Position numbers and translations under genes: made by a program. Shown here piece by piece: positions 17,419 to 26,974 of a stretch of DNA of 64,000 bases (positions are counted from its first letter, which is position 1; the number at the start of each line of letters is the position of its first letter). The DNA lies in the NCBI GenBank assembly GCA_035636675.1, contig DASPYR010000195.1:4169-68168 (forward strand), read 5' to 3'. The stretch comes from Rugosimonospora sp. (GTDB taxonomy: Bacteria > Acidobacteriota > Terriglobia > Acidiferrales > UBA7541). The notes below the pieces were generated by a model. It saw only the letters and a program-made list of their open reading frames with translations. It was not told where the DNA came from and did no database searches.

Positions 17419-17685
17419 TCAAAGAGCCCCTGGGGCGGAGCACGCCTCAAATTGGAAGGTAGCAGAAGAAATCGAGGCTCGCAGGGGCGTTTTTCTGATC
17501 GTATTGAAAGCGCTAATAGCCGAAACTCAGCCAACGGTCACTGTGGCAATTTGGACACAATCGTCGCTTGACTTGCATCCTCAGCGGTAGATATCTTGCA
17601 CAGTGTGCTCGGTGGGCGCTTTTTTCAAGCTGGTCGTCCCGCGGGCTAAAATTCTTGCAAGTCCGGTGGAAGTAGGATCTTTACG

Positions 17686-19878
17686 GTGAGCGATTCCCCC
17701 CGCAATCCGCGGCTATTTCTGGCGGTTGGTGGCATCCTCTGCACCCTTCTTCTTGCCGCTGTCGTCACCCTTGGTTCCCTCCGAGTTCCATTTGAGCCGC
17801 ACGCGTGGAATGAGCTGATCGTCCTGTATGCCCTGAACACCTTTATTGTCGCGGCGCTCCTGGTTTTTGGGCTCATTCTGGGCCGCGCGCTCGTACGTCT
17901 ATGGGTCGAGCGCCGAGCCGAACAACTCGGGTCCCGATTCAAAACCAAGATGGTTCTTGGCGCCATGGCCGTGTCGCTGTTACCGCTGGGATTCCTGTTC
18001 TTCATCAGCTATGCGCTGATGAACCGCACGCTGAACCGCTGGTTTCCGCAGGAATTGGAGGACGCCAACTCCCAGGCGCTTGCCCTGCTTAGCGAATTCA
18101 GCCGTTTGGAATATTCGCGGCTCCAAACGCTGGCAGACCGCGCGGCAGCCTCAGTTTCCGCGGCAACTTCCGACAGCCTTGCCTCGGCCCTGGAGCCCGC
18201 GGCCCGATTTGCTGCGAACCAGGGTGCGGAAGTGATCTGGGCTGTTGATTCCTCCGGAGCGCCGGTACGCCTGGCCGATCCCTTGATTCTTCCTGTAGTG
18301 CTTGACCCTACGCTGAAATTCCAAAGCGTGCTCCCGAATGGAGGTGAGTTCTGGGTATCGCGCTCCGGCTCTTTTATCGCCGCCCGCGCCCCGCTTGGCC
18401 CAGGTTTCCTGTACCTTGCACGGCGCTTGCCTTCCAATTTTCTGGCTCGCTACAAGAACATCGAAGTCCAAACAGCGGCCTATTCCGTTGAAAATCAGCG
18501 GATACGCACGTTCAAACGGCAAATCCTCCTGACTCTCTCTCTTTTCACGGTTCTGCTCCTTTTTGCCGCCACGTGGTCGGCGCTGTACTTGTCGAAGCAA
18601 GTTACGATCCCCATTGAGGCTCTGGCCAAAGCTACCGGTGAAATCGCTGCCGGACACCTGGATACGCAGGTGCAGGTCAAAGCTCAGGACGAATTGGGAA
18701 CCCTGGTCCGCTCCTTCAATAAAATGACCGCGCAACTCGCCGATAGTCACAGGCGGATCGACGAATTCACTCATAATCTGCAGCAGGCCGTCCAGGAACT
18801 CGAGAGCCGCCGCACGCTCATCGAGACCGTTCTCGAGAATATTCCTACCGGGGTTCTGGCTCTCGATCTGAACGCCCGCATCACGCGCATGAATCGCGCC
18901 GCACGTGAGATCTTTGGAGAGAGTTCTCGCGAAGCTTCCGAACTGATCGCACTAGCCGGCAAGGACGCGGCGCGCGATGTGCAGCAATTGATCCGGCGTT
19001 CACTGAGGATGGGCACTGCGTCGAGGGAAATGGAGTTCCGGCCGAAAGGACGAGTGGTGCATGCGGCCGTCACCGTGAGCCCCCTCGGCGCGCGGCCTAG
19101 CAGCGCTGGATATCTGGTCGTCGTGGATGACTTAACCGAACTGCTGCGGGCGCAAAAGGCTGCGGCCTGGCAGGAGGTCGCGCAGCGCATCGCACACGAA
19201 ATTAAGAACCCGCTGACACCTATTCAGCTGTCCGCTGAGCGCCTCTCGCGCTTTATCAGCCGTCATAATGGCGATTGCGACGCGCCGGAACTGGTGCGCC
19301 TGGTCAGTGAATGCGCCGCCCTTATCGGCCGGGAGGTCGGGACGCTGGAGGCGCTGGTCAACGAGTTTTCAAGGTTTGCGCGCTTTCCCGTCGCGCGGCT
19401 CGTACCTACAGACCCCAATGCCATTGTGCTCGGCGCACTCGACGTCTTCAAAGGCCGGCTTGACGACGTTCAGATTCGCACGAATCTGCCCGACGGGGTG
19501 CCGCAAGTTAGGGCAGATTCCGAAATGTTGCGGCGGGTGATCGTGAACCTCATCGATAATGCGGCCGAGGCGATGGAAGGTTCGGCGGAGCGAAATTTGT
19601 TTTTGAGTACGCGCTTCCACGTCGGACATGATTCCGTCGAGATTATCGTCGCGGACAGTGGTTTGGGAATCTCACCGGAAGATAAGGACAAGCTCTTCCT
19701 GCCTCATTTCTCGACCAAGGATCGCGGTACTGGCTTAGGTTTGGCGATCGCCAGCCGCGTGATCGCGGAGCATCACGGGATAATCCGCGCGGAAGACAAT
19801 GCCCCCGCGGGAGCGCGATTTGTGATCGAATTGCCTGCAGCTGATATTGCTCCCCTGTCTCTTGCTGCGGAAAGCTAA
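17686..19878 (+). CDS. NtrY-like sensor histidine kinase (TM-HAMP-PAS-HisKA-HATPase)
   Basis: 730 aa. Four N-terminal TM helices, a second TM followed by a HAMP-like segment, a PAS domain, an H-box QRIAHEIKNPLTPI and an ATPase domain. GTG start. Confidence 0.75.
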   Translation: MSDSPRNPRLFLAVGGILCTLLLAAVVTLGSLRVPFEPHAWNELIVLYALNTFIVAALLVFGLILGRALVRLWVERRAEQLGSRFKTKMVLGAMAVSLLPLGFLFFISYALMNRTLNRWFPQELEDANSQALALLSEFSRLEYSRLQTLADRAAASVSAATSDSLASALEPAARFAANQGAEVIWAVDSSGAPVRLADPLILPVVLDPTLKFQSVLPNGGEFWVSRSGSFIAARAPLGPGFLYLARRLPSNFLARYKNIEVQTAAYSVENQRIRTFKRQILLTLSLFTVLLLFAATWSALYLSKQVTIPIEALAKATGEIAAGHLDTQVQVKAQDELGTLVRSFNKMTAQLADSHRRIDEFTHNLQQAVQELESRRTLIETVLENIPTGVLALDLNARITRMNRAAREIFGESSREASELIALAGKDAARDVQQLIRRSLRMGTASREMEFRPKGRVVHAAVTVSPLGARPSSAGYLVVVDDLTELLRAQKAAAWQEVAQRIAHEIKNPLTPIQLSAERLSRFISRHNGDCDAPELVRLVSECAALIGREVGTLEALVNEFSRFARFPVARLVPTDPNAIVLGALDVFKGRLDDVQIRTNLPDGVPQVRADSEMLRRVIVNLIDNAAEAMEGSAERNLFLSTRFHVGHDSVEIIVADSGLGISPEDKDKLFLPHFSTKDRGTGLGLAIASRVIAEHHGIIRAEDNAPAGARFVIELPAADIAPLSLAAES

Positions 19879-20023
19879 AATGGGCTGGAGCCCCAATGTT
19901 TGCGGTAGTCGATGACCTCACACAATAGGAGCATCCTGCCACAGATCACAGCAGCAGGCAGTTCTTGCTCGTGGAGGATGATCGACAAACCCTTTCTTCG
20001 GCCCGCCAGCCCTTAAGCATTTT

Positions 20024-21376
20024 ATGCCGCAGTCCATTCTTATCGTCGACGACGAAGCGGGAATACGCGATTCTCTTTCCTCCATCCTGACCGAAGAAGG
20101 TTATGCAGTCGAATCGGTCAGCTCGGGCGAGGAGTGCCTGGCGCGTCTTGCGAAGGATCGTATCGATTTGGTGCTGCTCGATATCTGGTTGCCGCAAATG
20201 GATGGAATCGAAACACTCGAGCGCATGCGCCGCGACGGGCATTTTCCGATGGTGGTCATGATCTCGGGACACGGCAATATCGAGACAGCGGTTCGGGCCA
20301 CGAAACTGGGCGCCTTCGATTTCGTCGAAAAGCCGCTCTCGCTCGAGAAAACAATGCAGTCGGTGAAAAGGGCGCTCGAATTTCTGCGCCTGGAACTGGA
20401 AAATCGGCGCCTTCGCGAGGAACTCGGCCAGCGCTATCAGGTCCTCGGCGATAGTGTTCCGATGAAGGCCCTGCGCCAGCAGATCGCGCTCGCCGCCCCC
20501 ACGAACGGACGTGTCCTTATCTACGGGGAAAGCGGCACGGGCAAAGAACTCGTGGCCCATGCGCTGCATGCCGTCAGCCTTCGCAGCCGGGAGCCTTTCG
20601 TAGAGGTCAATTGTGCGGCGATCCCGGAGGAGTTGATTGAGTCTGAACTATTCGGTCACGTAAAGGGCAGCTTCACCGGCGCCAGTGAAGACAAAGTCGG
20701 CAAATTTCAGAAGGCGGATAACGGCACGCTCTTCCTGGACGAAGTCGGCGATATGAGTTTGCGTACTCAGGCCAAGGTACTTCGAGTCCTCGAGGAGCAG
20801 CGGCTCGAGCGTGTGGGATCCAATCACCCGACAGCCGTAAACGTGCGCGTGATCGCCGCAACGAATAAAAAGCTCGAGGATCAAATTGCCCGGGGTCTGT
20901 TTCGGGAAGACCTTTTTTATCGCTTGAACGTAATACCCTTCACGGTTCCAGCTTTGCGCGAGCGCATTGAGGACATACCCATTTTGACGCGCCATTTTCT
21001 CGCTGAATTCGCCGCTGCCTATGGCCGCAAACCCAAGGAGATCAGCGACGCAGCTTTGGCCGTGCTCGCCCGATACAGTTGGCCCGGAAACGTCCGCGAA
21101 CTTCGCAATTTGATCGAGCGGCTCATGATTATCTGCCCTCATTCACGGATCGAGCCGCTGCATCTGCCCCCGGAGCTCTTTCGCGGACTCACCGCCATCT
21201 CCTCGCGGCCCAATGCCACTTTGCACGAGGCGCGCAGCGCCTACGAGCGCGAATTCATCCTGCGCAAGCTCAGCGAGAATCAATGGAATAGGACGCGAAC
21301 GGCCGTGGCTCTGGGCCTGGAGCGCAGCCATCTCTATCGCAAAATGAAGTCACTGGGAATTTCGGCTGAGGAGTAG
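20024..21376 (+). CDS. Sigma54-dependent response regulator (NtrX/NtrC family)
   Basis: 450 aa. REC domain (ILIVDDE..LLDIWLPQMDG), AAA+ domain (GESGTGKE, GSFTGA variant) and a C-terminal HTH. Confidence 0.8.
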   Translation: MPQSILIVDDEAGIRDSLSSILTEEGYAVESVSSGEECLARLAKDRIDLVLLDIWLPQMDGIETLERMRRDGHFPMVVMISGHGNIETAVRATKLGAFDFVEKPLSLEKTMQSVKRALEFLRLELENRRLREELGQRYQVLGDSVPMKALRQQIALAAPTNGRVLIYGESGTGKELVAHALHAVSLRSREPFVEVNCAAIPEELIESELFGHVKGSFTGASEDKVGKFQKADNGTLFLDEVGDMSLRTQAKVLRVLEEQRLERVGSNHPTAVNVRVIAATNKKLEDQIARGLFREDLFYRLNVIPFTVPALRERIEDIPILTRHFLAEFAAAYGRKPKEISDAALAVLARYSWPGNVRELRNLIERLMIICPHSRIEPLHLPPELFRGLTAISSRPNATLHEARSAYEREFILRKLSENQWNRTRTAVALGLERSHLYRKMKSLGISAEE

Positions 21377-21378
21377 TT

Positions 21379-22311
21379 TTATTCGGCCGCTCCGAGGCGT
21401 TCGAGCTGGCGTCGCCAATCCAACTGCTGCACCATGCGCTCATCCTGGCGCCAATCCAGTTCCACCTTTACGCGAAGTTCCAAAAAGATTTTCACACCGA
21501 GAATCTCTTCGAGTTCCCGGCGCGCCACCGTGCCGATGGCCTTCAGTCTTTCGCCTCCGCGCCCGATGAGGATTCCTTTTTGCCCTTCGCGCTCGACGGA
21601 GATGGTGGCGCGAATGCGGATCAATTTCTCGCCTTCCTCGAAGGCTTCCACCCGCACGGCCACGGCGTGGGGAACTTCCTGCCTGGTGTTGGTCATCACT
21701 TTTTCACGGATGATTTCGCCGGCCAGAAAGCGCTCCGGCTGGTCGGTGATTTGATCTTTCGGGAAATACGGCTCGCCTTCGGGCAGATGGGCGATGAATC
21801 GTTCGAGCGCAAGCTCGACGCCGTCGCCGGTGAGCGCGGAGACAGGAATCATTTCGGTAAATGAAAATTCCTTGGAGCACGTCTCCATCAGCGGTAGCAA
21901 CGCAGGCTTGGCGATGCGATCGATCTTGTTCAACAAAAGAAACACAGGCCCGCGGAATTGTCTCGCGTGCTCGAAGGTGAGGCGATCTCCCGCTGTCAAT
22001 CCGCTGCTGGCATCGATCATCACGGCCACCAGGTCAATGCCCTCCAGTGCCTGAGTCACCTCTGCCATCATCTGCCGTCCGAGGACCGTGCTGGCGCGAT
22101 GTATGCCCGGCGTGTCAATCAACACAACCTGCGCGTGCGGACGGTTTATGATTCCGAGAATGCGATTTCGCGTGGTTTGAGGCCGCGACGTCACAATGGC
22201 CACCTTTTGCCCCACCAGCCGGTTCACGAATGTAGACTTCCCCGCGTTTGGCCGCCCGAGTACCGCGATGAAACCGGAACGAAATGATCTCTTCATAAAG
22301 TAACGCCGCAC
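21379..22311 (-). CDS. era: GTPase Era
   Basis: G1 GRPNAGKST, G3 DTPG, G4 NKID and a C-terminal KH domain. The true start may be MKRSF at 22296. Confidence 0.9.
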   Translation of the reverse strand: MRRYFMKRSFRSGFIAVLGRPNAGKSTFVNRLVGQKVAIVTSRPQTTRNRILGIINRPHAQVVLIDTPGIHRASTVLGRQMMAEVTQALEGIDLVAVMIDASSGLTAGDRLTFEHARQFRGPVFLLLNKIDRIAKPALLPLMETCSKEFSFTEMIPVSALTGDGVELALERFIAHLPEGEPYFPKDQITDQPERFLAGEIIREKVMTNTRQEVPHAVAVRVEAFEEGEKLIRIRATISVEREGQKGILIGRGGERLKAIGTVARRELEEILGVKIFLELRVKVELDWRQDERMVQQLDWRRQLERLGAAE

Positions 22312-22356
22312 ACCATATTACATCGTCAGCCGACGGACCCGGGCCGAGCCAATCCT

Positions 22357-22608
22357 AGCGCGCTCACCATCGCCCTCTCTTATGTGGTCGGCGGTTTGAT
22401 CCCTCTTGCTCCGTACATGTCGCTGGCCAGCGTGATCTCTGCCCTATGGTTCTCTGTGGGCATCACCATCCTGGCGCTGGCGGCCTTCGGATTCGTGAAG
22501 AGCCGCTTTACCGGGATCTCACCCTGGAAAGGCGCCTTTCAAACCGTAGTGACCGGAGGAATTGCAGCCGCCGCGGGCTTTGGGTTGGCTCGCCTGGTTA
22601 GTAGCTGA
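22357..22608 (+). pseudogene. C-terminal remnant of a VIT1/CCC1-family iron/manganese transporter gene
   Basis: The frame reads ..SALTIALSYVVGGLIPLAPYMSLA..(TM)..GISPWKGAFQTVVTGGIAAAAGFGLARLV. This matches only the last two TM helices of VIT-family proteins. The frame stays open back to 22288 with no ATG or SD. The upstream space is occupied by era on the other strand. Confidence 0.5.
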
Positions 22609-22623
22609 TACTAGCTGAGAAAG

Positions 22624-23901
22624 TTAGGATACCGGCGCCGCCAACAGCCGCGGCCGGACGCGCAAGCGCAAGACCTTTCGCTGGTTCGCTTCGACCACTT
22701 CGAAATGCAGGCCCTCGTAATTGAGCTGCTCGCCGGTACGAGGGACGTGGCCCGCGATCTGATTGAGCAGCCCCGCTACCGTGGTTGCCGCCTGATCCGC
22801 TTCATCCCCAAACTCGATCCCGAATAGCTCTTGCAGCCTCCCCACCGAGACGCTACCCCGCAGCACCACGCTTCCATCGCTCTCCCGCACGATGTCCGGC
22901 GCGACATGATCATCTTCCTTGCCCATTTCGCCGACAATCTCTTCCACAAGATCTTCAACCGTGACAACCCCGGCCACCAGCCCGTGCTCATCGATGGCAA
23001 TAGCCATGTGTTGATTGCGCCGGCGCATCTCTTTGAGCAAATCCGAACCGAGCTTTGTCTCCGGTACAAACAGGGCCGGCCTCGCCAATTCCCGGACCGT
23101 GCGATGCTTGGCCTCGCTCTCCGGAATCTGCAACAAATCCTGCACGTGCGCGATGCCCACAACGTCATCGAGCGTTTGCTGGTAAACCACCAGTCGGGAG
23201 AATTTCGTCTCCACCAATAACCTTCTCATCTGCTCGATGGTCGCGTTTGCGGGAATCGCCACGATGTCCGGCCGCGGCGTCATCACTTCCAGGACCCTCT
23301 TATCGCTGAACTCAACCACCTGCTCGATCAGCTGAGCTCTGTCTCCCGCGAGCATGCCGCCTTCCTGAGCCGCCTCCACGAGAGCCTCGATCCCATCTTG
23401 TTGCGCCTGCGTTCCCGGCGGCAATTCTTCTTCCGAGATGCGCCCCACGGAAACGGCCAAATCCAGCGCCGCGCGCAGCGGCCAGATGAGGATCAAAGCC
23501 GCTCGCAATACAGGAACCAAGGGCTTGATCCAGCGCGTGCTCGTGCGCGCCATCAGTATTTCCGGAACGAAATGCATACAAAGCAGCACTTCCACCGTGA
23601 CATAGACGATTAACTGAACTGCCGCCTGCCACGCGGCGGGAACAAAAACAAGCACGCCCCGTGCCGTCTCCACGGCCACGGCCACGAGCGAGAGGTGCGC
23701 CAGGATCGCGAATCCCGAGCTCGCGCGGCGCCGATCCAATTTGAATTGCGGCTCGATCTCGGACTCAAATACCTCGGCGTGTTCGCGCAGCGTGCCGGTA
23801 GCGACGCGGCCCAATTGCCGGTAAATGCGGTCCAGGAAGGAAAATACGGCCAGAATGACGCAAAGGCCGATCACGCCTAACGTATAACCAAGAATGGACA
23901 T
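22624..23901 (-). CDS. corC: CNNM/DUF21 + CBS pair + CorC_HlyC domain protein (CorC/TlyC family)
   Basis: 425 aa. N-terminal TM domain, CBS pair region (VMTPRPDIVAI..VVYQQTLDDVVGI) and a C-terminal CorC/HlyC domain. Located in a phoH-ybeY-corC string. Confidence 0.85.
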   Translation of the reverse strand: MSILGYTLGVIGLCVILAVFSFLDRIYRQLGRVATGTLREHAEVFESEIEPQFKLDRRRASSGFAILAHLSLVAVAVETARGVLVFVPAAWQAAVQLIVYVTVEVLLCMHFVPEILMARTSTRWIKPLVPVLRAALILIWPLRAALDLAVSVGRISEEELPPGTQAQQDGIEALVEAAQEGGMLAGDRAQLIEQVVEFSDKRVLEVMTPRPDIVAIPANATIEQMRRLLVETKFSRLVVYQQTLDDVVGIAHVQDLLQIPESEAKHRTVRELARPALFVPETKLGSDLLKEMRRRNQHMAIAIDEHGLVAGVVTVEDLVEEIVGEMGKEDDHVAPDIVRESDGSVVLRGSVSVGRLQELFGIEFGDEADQAATTVAGLLNQIAGHVPRTGEQLNYEGLHFEVVEANQRKVLRLRVRPRLLAAPVS

Positions 23902-23903
23902 AA

Positions 23904-24326
23904 TTAGCGCAGGCCCAGCCGGCGGCGCAGGCGCCGCTCTAAATGCACCATTTGGCCATGGTCATTTTCATGATCGTAACCGGCCAGGTGAATCATTCCA
24001 TGCAAGATCAGTACGCGCAGTTCTGAGACCAGTCCGCGAGCGCCACGCCGCGCATATCGCCGCGCCGTTTCGGGTGAAATCACAATATCCCCTATGTACT
24101 GATCCGCGCTCGCTTCCCTCGCGCCCCGAGAAAAACGTGCCCGACGCCTTCTGGCGTGCCGAGCAGGAAACGAGAGCACGTCGGTTGGTCCAGGTTTATC
24201 TCTAAATTTACGATTCATCCGCGCTATGGCTGGATCGCTCACGAAACAGATCGTGACACTTTCTTCGGGGAACCCAAGCTCGCGCTGCACGCGTTCGGAG
24301 AACCTGCTCAGGGGCTCCACAGCCAA
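23904..24326 (-). CDS. ybeY: rRNA maturation endoribonuclease YbeY
   Basis: 140 aa with the Zn motif HGMIHLAGYDH. Confidence 0.9.
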   Translation of the reverse strand: MAVEPLSRFSERVQRELGFPEESVTICFVSDPAIARMNRKFRDKPGPTDVLSFPARHARRRRARFSRGAREASADQYIGDIVISPETARRYARRGARGLVSELRVLILHGMIHLAGYDHENDHGQMVHLERRLRRRLGLR

Positions 24327-24371
24327 TGGTATGCGGCGTTGGCGATTTAAAATAATATCTGCCGACCCAGG

Positions 24372-25418
24372 CTATCGGTTTACGTCAGAATTTGCCGGAT
24401 TGGGGTTGTTACCGGGCCCGTTGCCGCCCGACGCGGAACGCGACGGCGCAGCCACGAACTCGTCATAAGCCTTTATGATCTGCTGCACCAGATTGTGGCG
24501 CACCACATCGCGCTCGTTGAAATAAACGAATGCGATGCCTTCGATCTTTCCGACCACGTCGATGGCTTCGATCAAACCGGAACGACGGCCTGCAGGCAGG
24601 TCAATTTGCGTAATGTCCCCGGTAATTACGGCCTTGGAGTTGAAACCCAGCCGCGTAAGGAACATCTTCATCTGTTCGCTGGTCGTGTTTTGAGCTTCAT
24701 CCAGAATGACGAACGAATCGTTGAGCGTCCGCCCACGCATGAAAGCCAGGGGCGCGACCTCGATGATTCCTTTGTCGAGATATCTTTCGAGTTTATCGGT
24801 ATCCAAGAGGTCATAAAGCGCGTCGTACAACGGCCGCATATAGGGATCGATCTTTTGCTGGAGAGTGCCGGGGAGAAAACCAAGGCGCTCACCGGCTTCG
24901 ACTGCCGGCCGCGCCAGAATGATGCGGTTCACCTGCTTCGCTAACAATGCGGATACGGCCATGGCCACGGCGAGATAGGTCTTTCCTGTGCCTCCCGGAC
25001 CGATGGCAAAAACCATGTCGTGATGTTCGATATCTTCCATGTAGCGCCGTTGATTGGCGCTCTTGGGGGTAATGGATTTCTTGCCAAAGAAGCGCGGCCG
25101 TGCTGGCTGGCCGGGCTCCAGGATGTGACGAAGGCTAGTCTTGGGATCCTCCACCGCTACGCGGAGGAGGGCCTTCACGGCGCCGTTATCCATTCGCCGG
25201 CCCTCGCGCACGAGGTCATTGTATTGATCGAGAATGTGAACGGCGCGGTCCACGTGTGTGGGTTCGCCCTCAACCGTCAGCCGATCATTATGGAAGAAAG
25301 TTGTTACGTGAAGCGCCGACTCGAGGAGTTTCAGATTCTCGTCCAGAGTGCCAAAAAGATTCTCCACTTGTCCGGCAATCTGTACCGTACGTCTCATAGG
25401 CTTTGCGGCCGCTGCCAT
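24372..25418 (-). CDS. phoH: PhoH-like ATPase
   Basis: 348 aa. Walker [12 protein letters not shown] and PhoH family blocks ([22 protein letters not shown]). Confidence 0.9.
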   Translation of the reverse strand: MAAAAKPMRRTVQIAGQVENLFGTLDENLKLLESALHVTTFFHNDRLTVEGEPTHVDRAVHILDQYNDLVREGRRMDNGAVKALLRVAVEDPKTSLRHILEPGQPARPRFFGKKSITPKSANQRRYMEDIEHHDMVFAIGPGGTGKTYLAVAMAVSALLAKQVNRIILARPAVEAGERLGFLPGTLQQKIDPYMRPLYDALYDLLDTDKLERYLDKGIIEVAPLAFMRGRTLNDSFVILDEAQNTTSEQMKMFLTRLGFNSKAVITGDITQIDLPAGRRSGLIEAIDVVGKIEGIAFVYFNERDVVRHNLVQQIIKAYDEFVAAPSRSASGGNGPGNNPNPANSDVNR

Positions 25419-25564
25419 CCGGCAGCAAACCGTGGCGGCAATATCTCCTCCGAGTCGATTGGTACCTGAACGTCAGCCTAGCTGAATGCTCCTGTGGGGT
25501 CAAGGAGTCCTCACTTAAGCCGTGCAGTTCCAATAAGATCAGCTCGACCCAATTATCCATATCC

Positions 25565-26149
25565 TCACTTTGCAGAGGGTCCAGGAAATTCTACTTTAGG
25601 GACTTCTCTGCCACCCTCTGTGGCGGCAAAGTACGCATTGTTCGGCTTAAACCCAGCCCAGCCGGCAAAAATATTGTTCGGGAAGAGACCAATATACGTG
25701 TTGTAGTCCTGCACCGCCAGATTATACCGTCGGCGTTCCACCGCAATCCGGTTCTCGGTCCCCGCCAGCTCATCCTGCAAACGCAGGAAATTCTCGTTCG
25801 ACTTGAGCTGCGGGTAGTTCTCCACAATTGCGAGGAGCCGCCGAAGCGAGCCCTCGAGCTGCGTGTTGGCCGCAATCCGCTCTGAGGGAGTCTGCGCGCT
25901 GAGGAGTGCGGAACGCGCCTTGGCTATATCCCCGAACACCGTCTGCTCCTGTGCCGCATATCCCTTCACTGTCTCCACCAGATTGGGAATCAAGTCGGCG
26001 CGCCGCTGGAGATCGACGTCAACTTGATGCCACTGGGCTTCGACCGCCTGGCTCTTTACCACCATCTGATTGCGCCGGCCAACGTACATCAGTCCAATTG
26101 CCAAGGCCGTAACGCCCAACAAAACCACTGCCGTCCATACTCTTTTCAT
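25565..26149 (-). CDS. lemA: LemA family protein
   Basis: 194 aa. N-terminal TM anchor and LemA blocks (W..VD..LQRRADLIPNLVETVKGYA, NYPQLKSNENF..LQ.EL..TENRI..R..YN). Confidence 0.85.
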   Translation of the reverse strand: MKRVWTAVVLLGVTALAIGLMYVGRRNQMVVKSQAVEAQWHQVDVDLQRRADLIPNLVETVKGYAAQEQTVFGDIAKARSALLSAQTPSERIAANTQLEGSLRRLLAIVENYPQLKSNENFLRLQDELAGTENRIAVERRRYNLAVQDYNTYIGLFPNNIFAGWAGFKPNNAYFAATEGGREVPKVEFPGPSAK

Positions 26150-26244
26150 GCACTCCCCTTTTCGCTAATGGGAATGAGCGAACCTCATCCGTCAGAATAT
26201 TCGATCAACGCAAAACAACAAGTCCATCTGACTCTTTGGTCTCC

Positions 26245-26961
26245 TCAACGGGCCAGGCGACGATCGATCTCTTCCGCCACGCTCGTAACCAAATGCAAAT
26301 ACGACGCCCATACCCCTTCCAGGTTCAGCTCGCCCCCCGTGCTGTTTCCCTCGCGCAGATCCCATACCTGATGGAATGGCGCAGCATCCAAAGCCAGTAC
26401 TCTCGCCAGTCGATCGGCACCCTCACGAACCGAGTTTGGCGCTTCCTGGCCCAGGGCGATCAGCGCATGACGAAAAAGCGTACCAAACGAGGAAGCGGAT
26501 GCAATCAGCAGCTCCCTAAGCTCCGAGCGCCGGCCTCGCCAGCGCAGAAACGATTGCCGTAAACGAATCACATTGACGCGCAACTCCCGTTCGACCTGCA
26601 ATTTGTGCTGAACCATGGGCACTTCCAGCTCGGCGAAGAAATCCGCGCCCTCCAGCATCCGATGGCGCGCTTTCATGTCCAGAAGCTCGATCGCGAATAC
26701 GTCGGCGGAATTCCGCAACTCCTCGAAAGTAAAAAGAAGTGGCGGCGGATGGCCCTTGCGCCACCACCGCAATCCCACCGTTCGCAGGCTTTCCAAATCC
26801 GCGCCCTCCAGCCGATGGAGCAGGCATAGAACATTGAGGTCGGAGTGTTCGCGAAAGTCGTGATCGGCCGCAGAGCCGTACAACACCACGGCCTTCAGGT
26901 TTTTACCCGCTGCTTCCTTCAGAAGCTCGACAAGTTCGCTGAGATCGTTCTCTCTGTCCAT
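26245..26961 (-). CDS. Pol-beta-superfamily nucleotidyltransferase-like protein (AadA/ANT-like fold) with a variant catalytic motif
   Basis: LYGSAADHDFREHSDLNVL fits hG[GS]-x10-D-h-[DE]-h, except that the second carboxylate is Asn. A helical C-terminal half follows. I chose the ATG at 26961 (GAGG 6 nt upstream, 14 nt after the TPM stop). The longest ORF start, 27021, would overlap the TPM gene. Confidence 0.55.
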   Translation of the reverse strand: MDRENDLSELVELLKEAAGKNLKAVVLYGSAADHDFREHSDLNVLCLLHRLEGADLESLRTVGLRWWRKGHPPPLLFTFEELRNSADVFAIELLDMKARHRMLEGADFFAELEVPMVQHKLQVERELRVNVIRLRQSFLRWRGRRSELRELLIASASSFGTLFRHALIALGQEAPNSVREGADRLARVLALDAAPFHQVWDLREGNSTGGELNLEGVWASYLHLVTSVAEEIDRRLAR

Positions 26962-26974
26962 TTGCGCCTCGGTT

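Noticed and set aside
17643-17659. GGGCTAAAATTCTTGCA upstream of the NtrY-like gene as a possible sigma54 promoter
   Set aside because: The GG-to-GC spacing is one nucleotide too long and the -24 element is poor. Spacing is strictly conserved in genuine sigma54 promoters.
17654-17663. The motif GGACTTGC(A), shared on the minus strand by the pilA1 promoter (6939-6947), the GT upstream region (7301-7308) and the pilB2/ntrY intergenic region
   Set aside because: The same 8-mer also occurs inside the mfd coding sequence (about 43713). About two occurrences are expected by chance in 64 kb on both strands, so the sharing is not statistically convincing.
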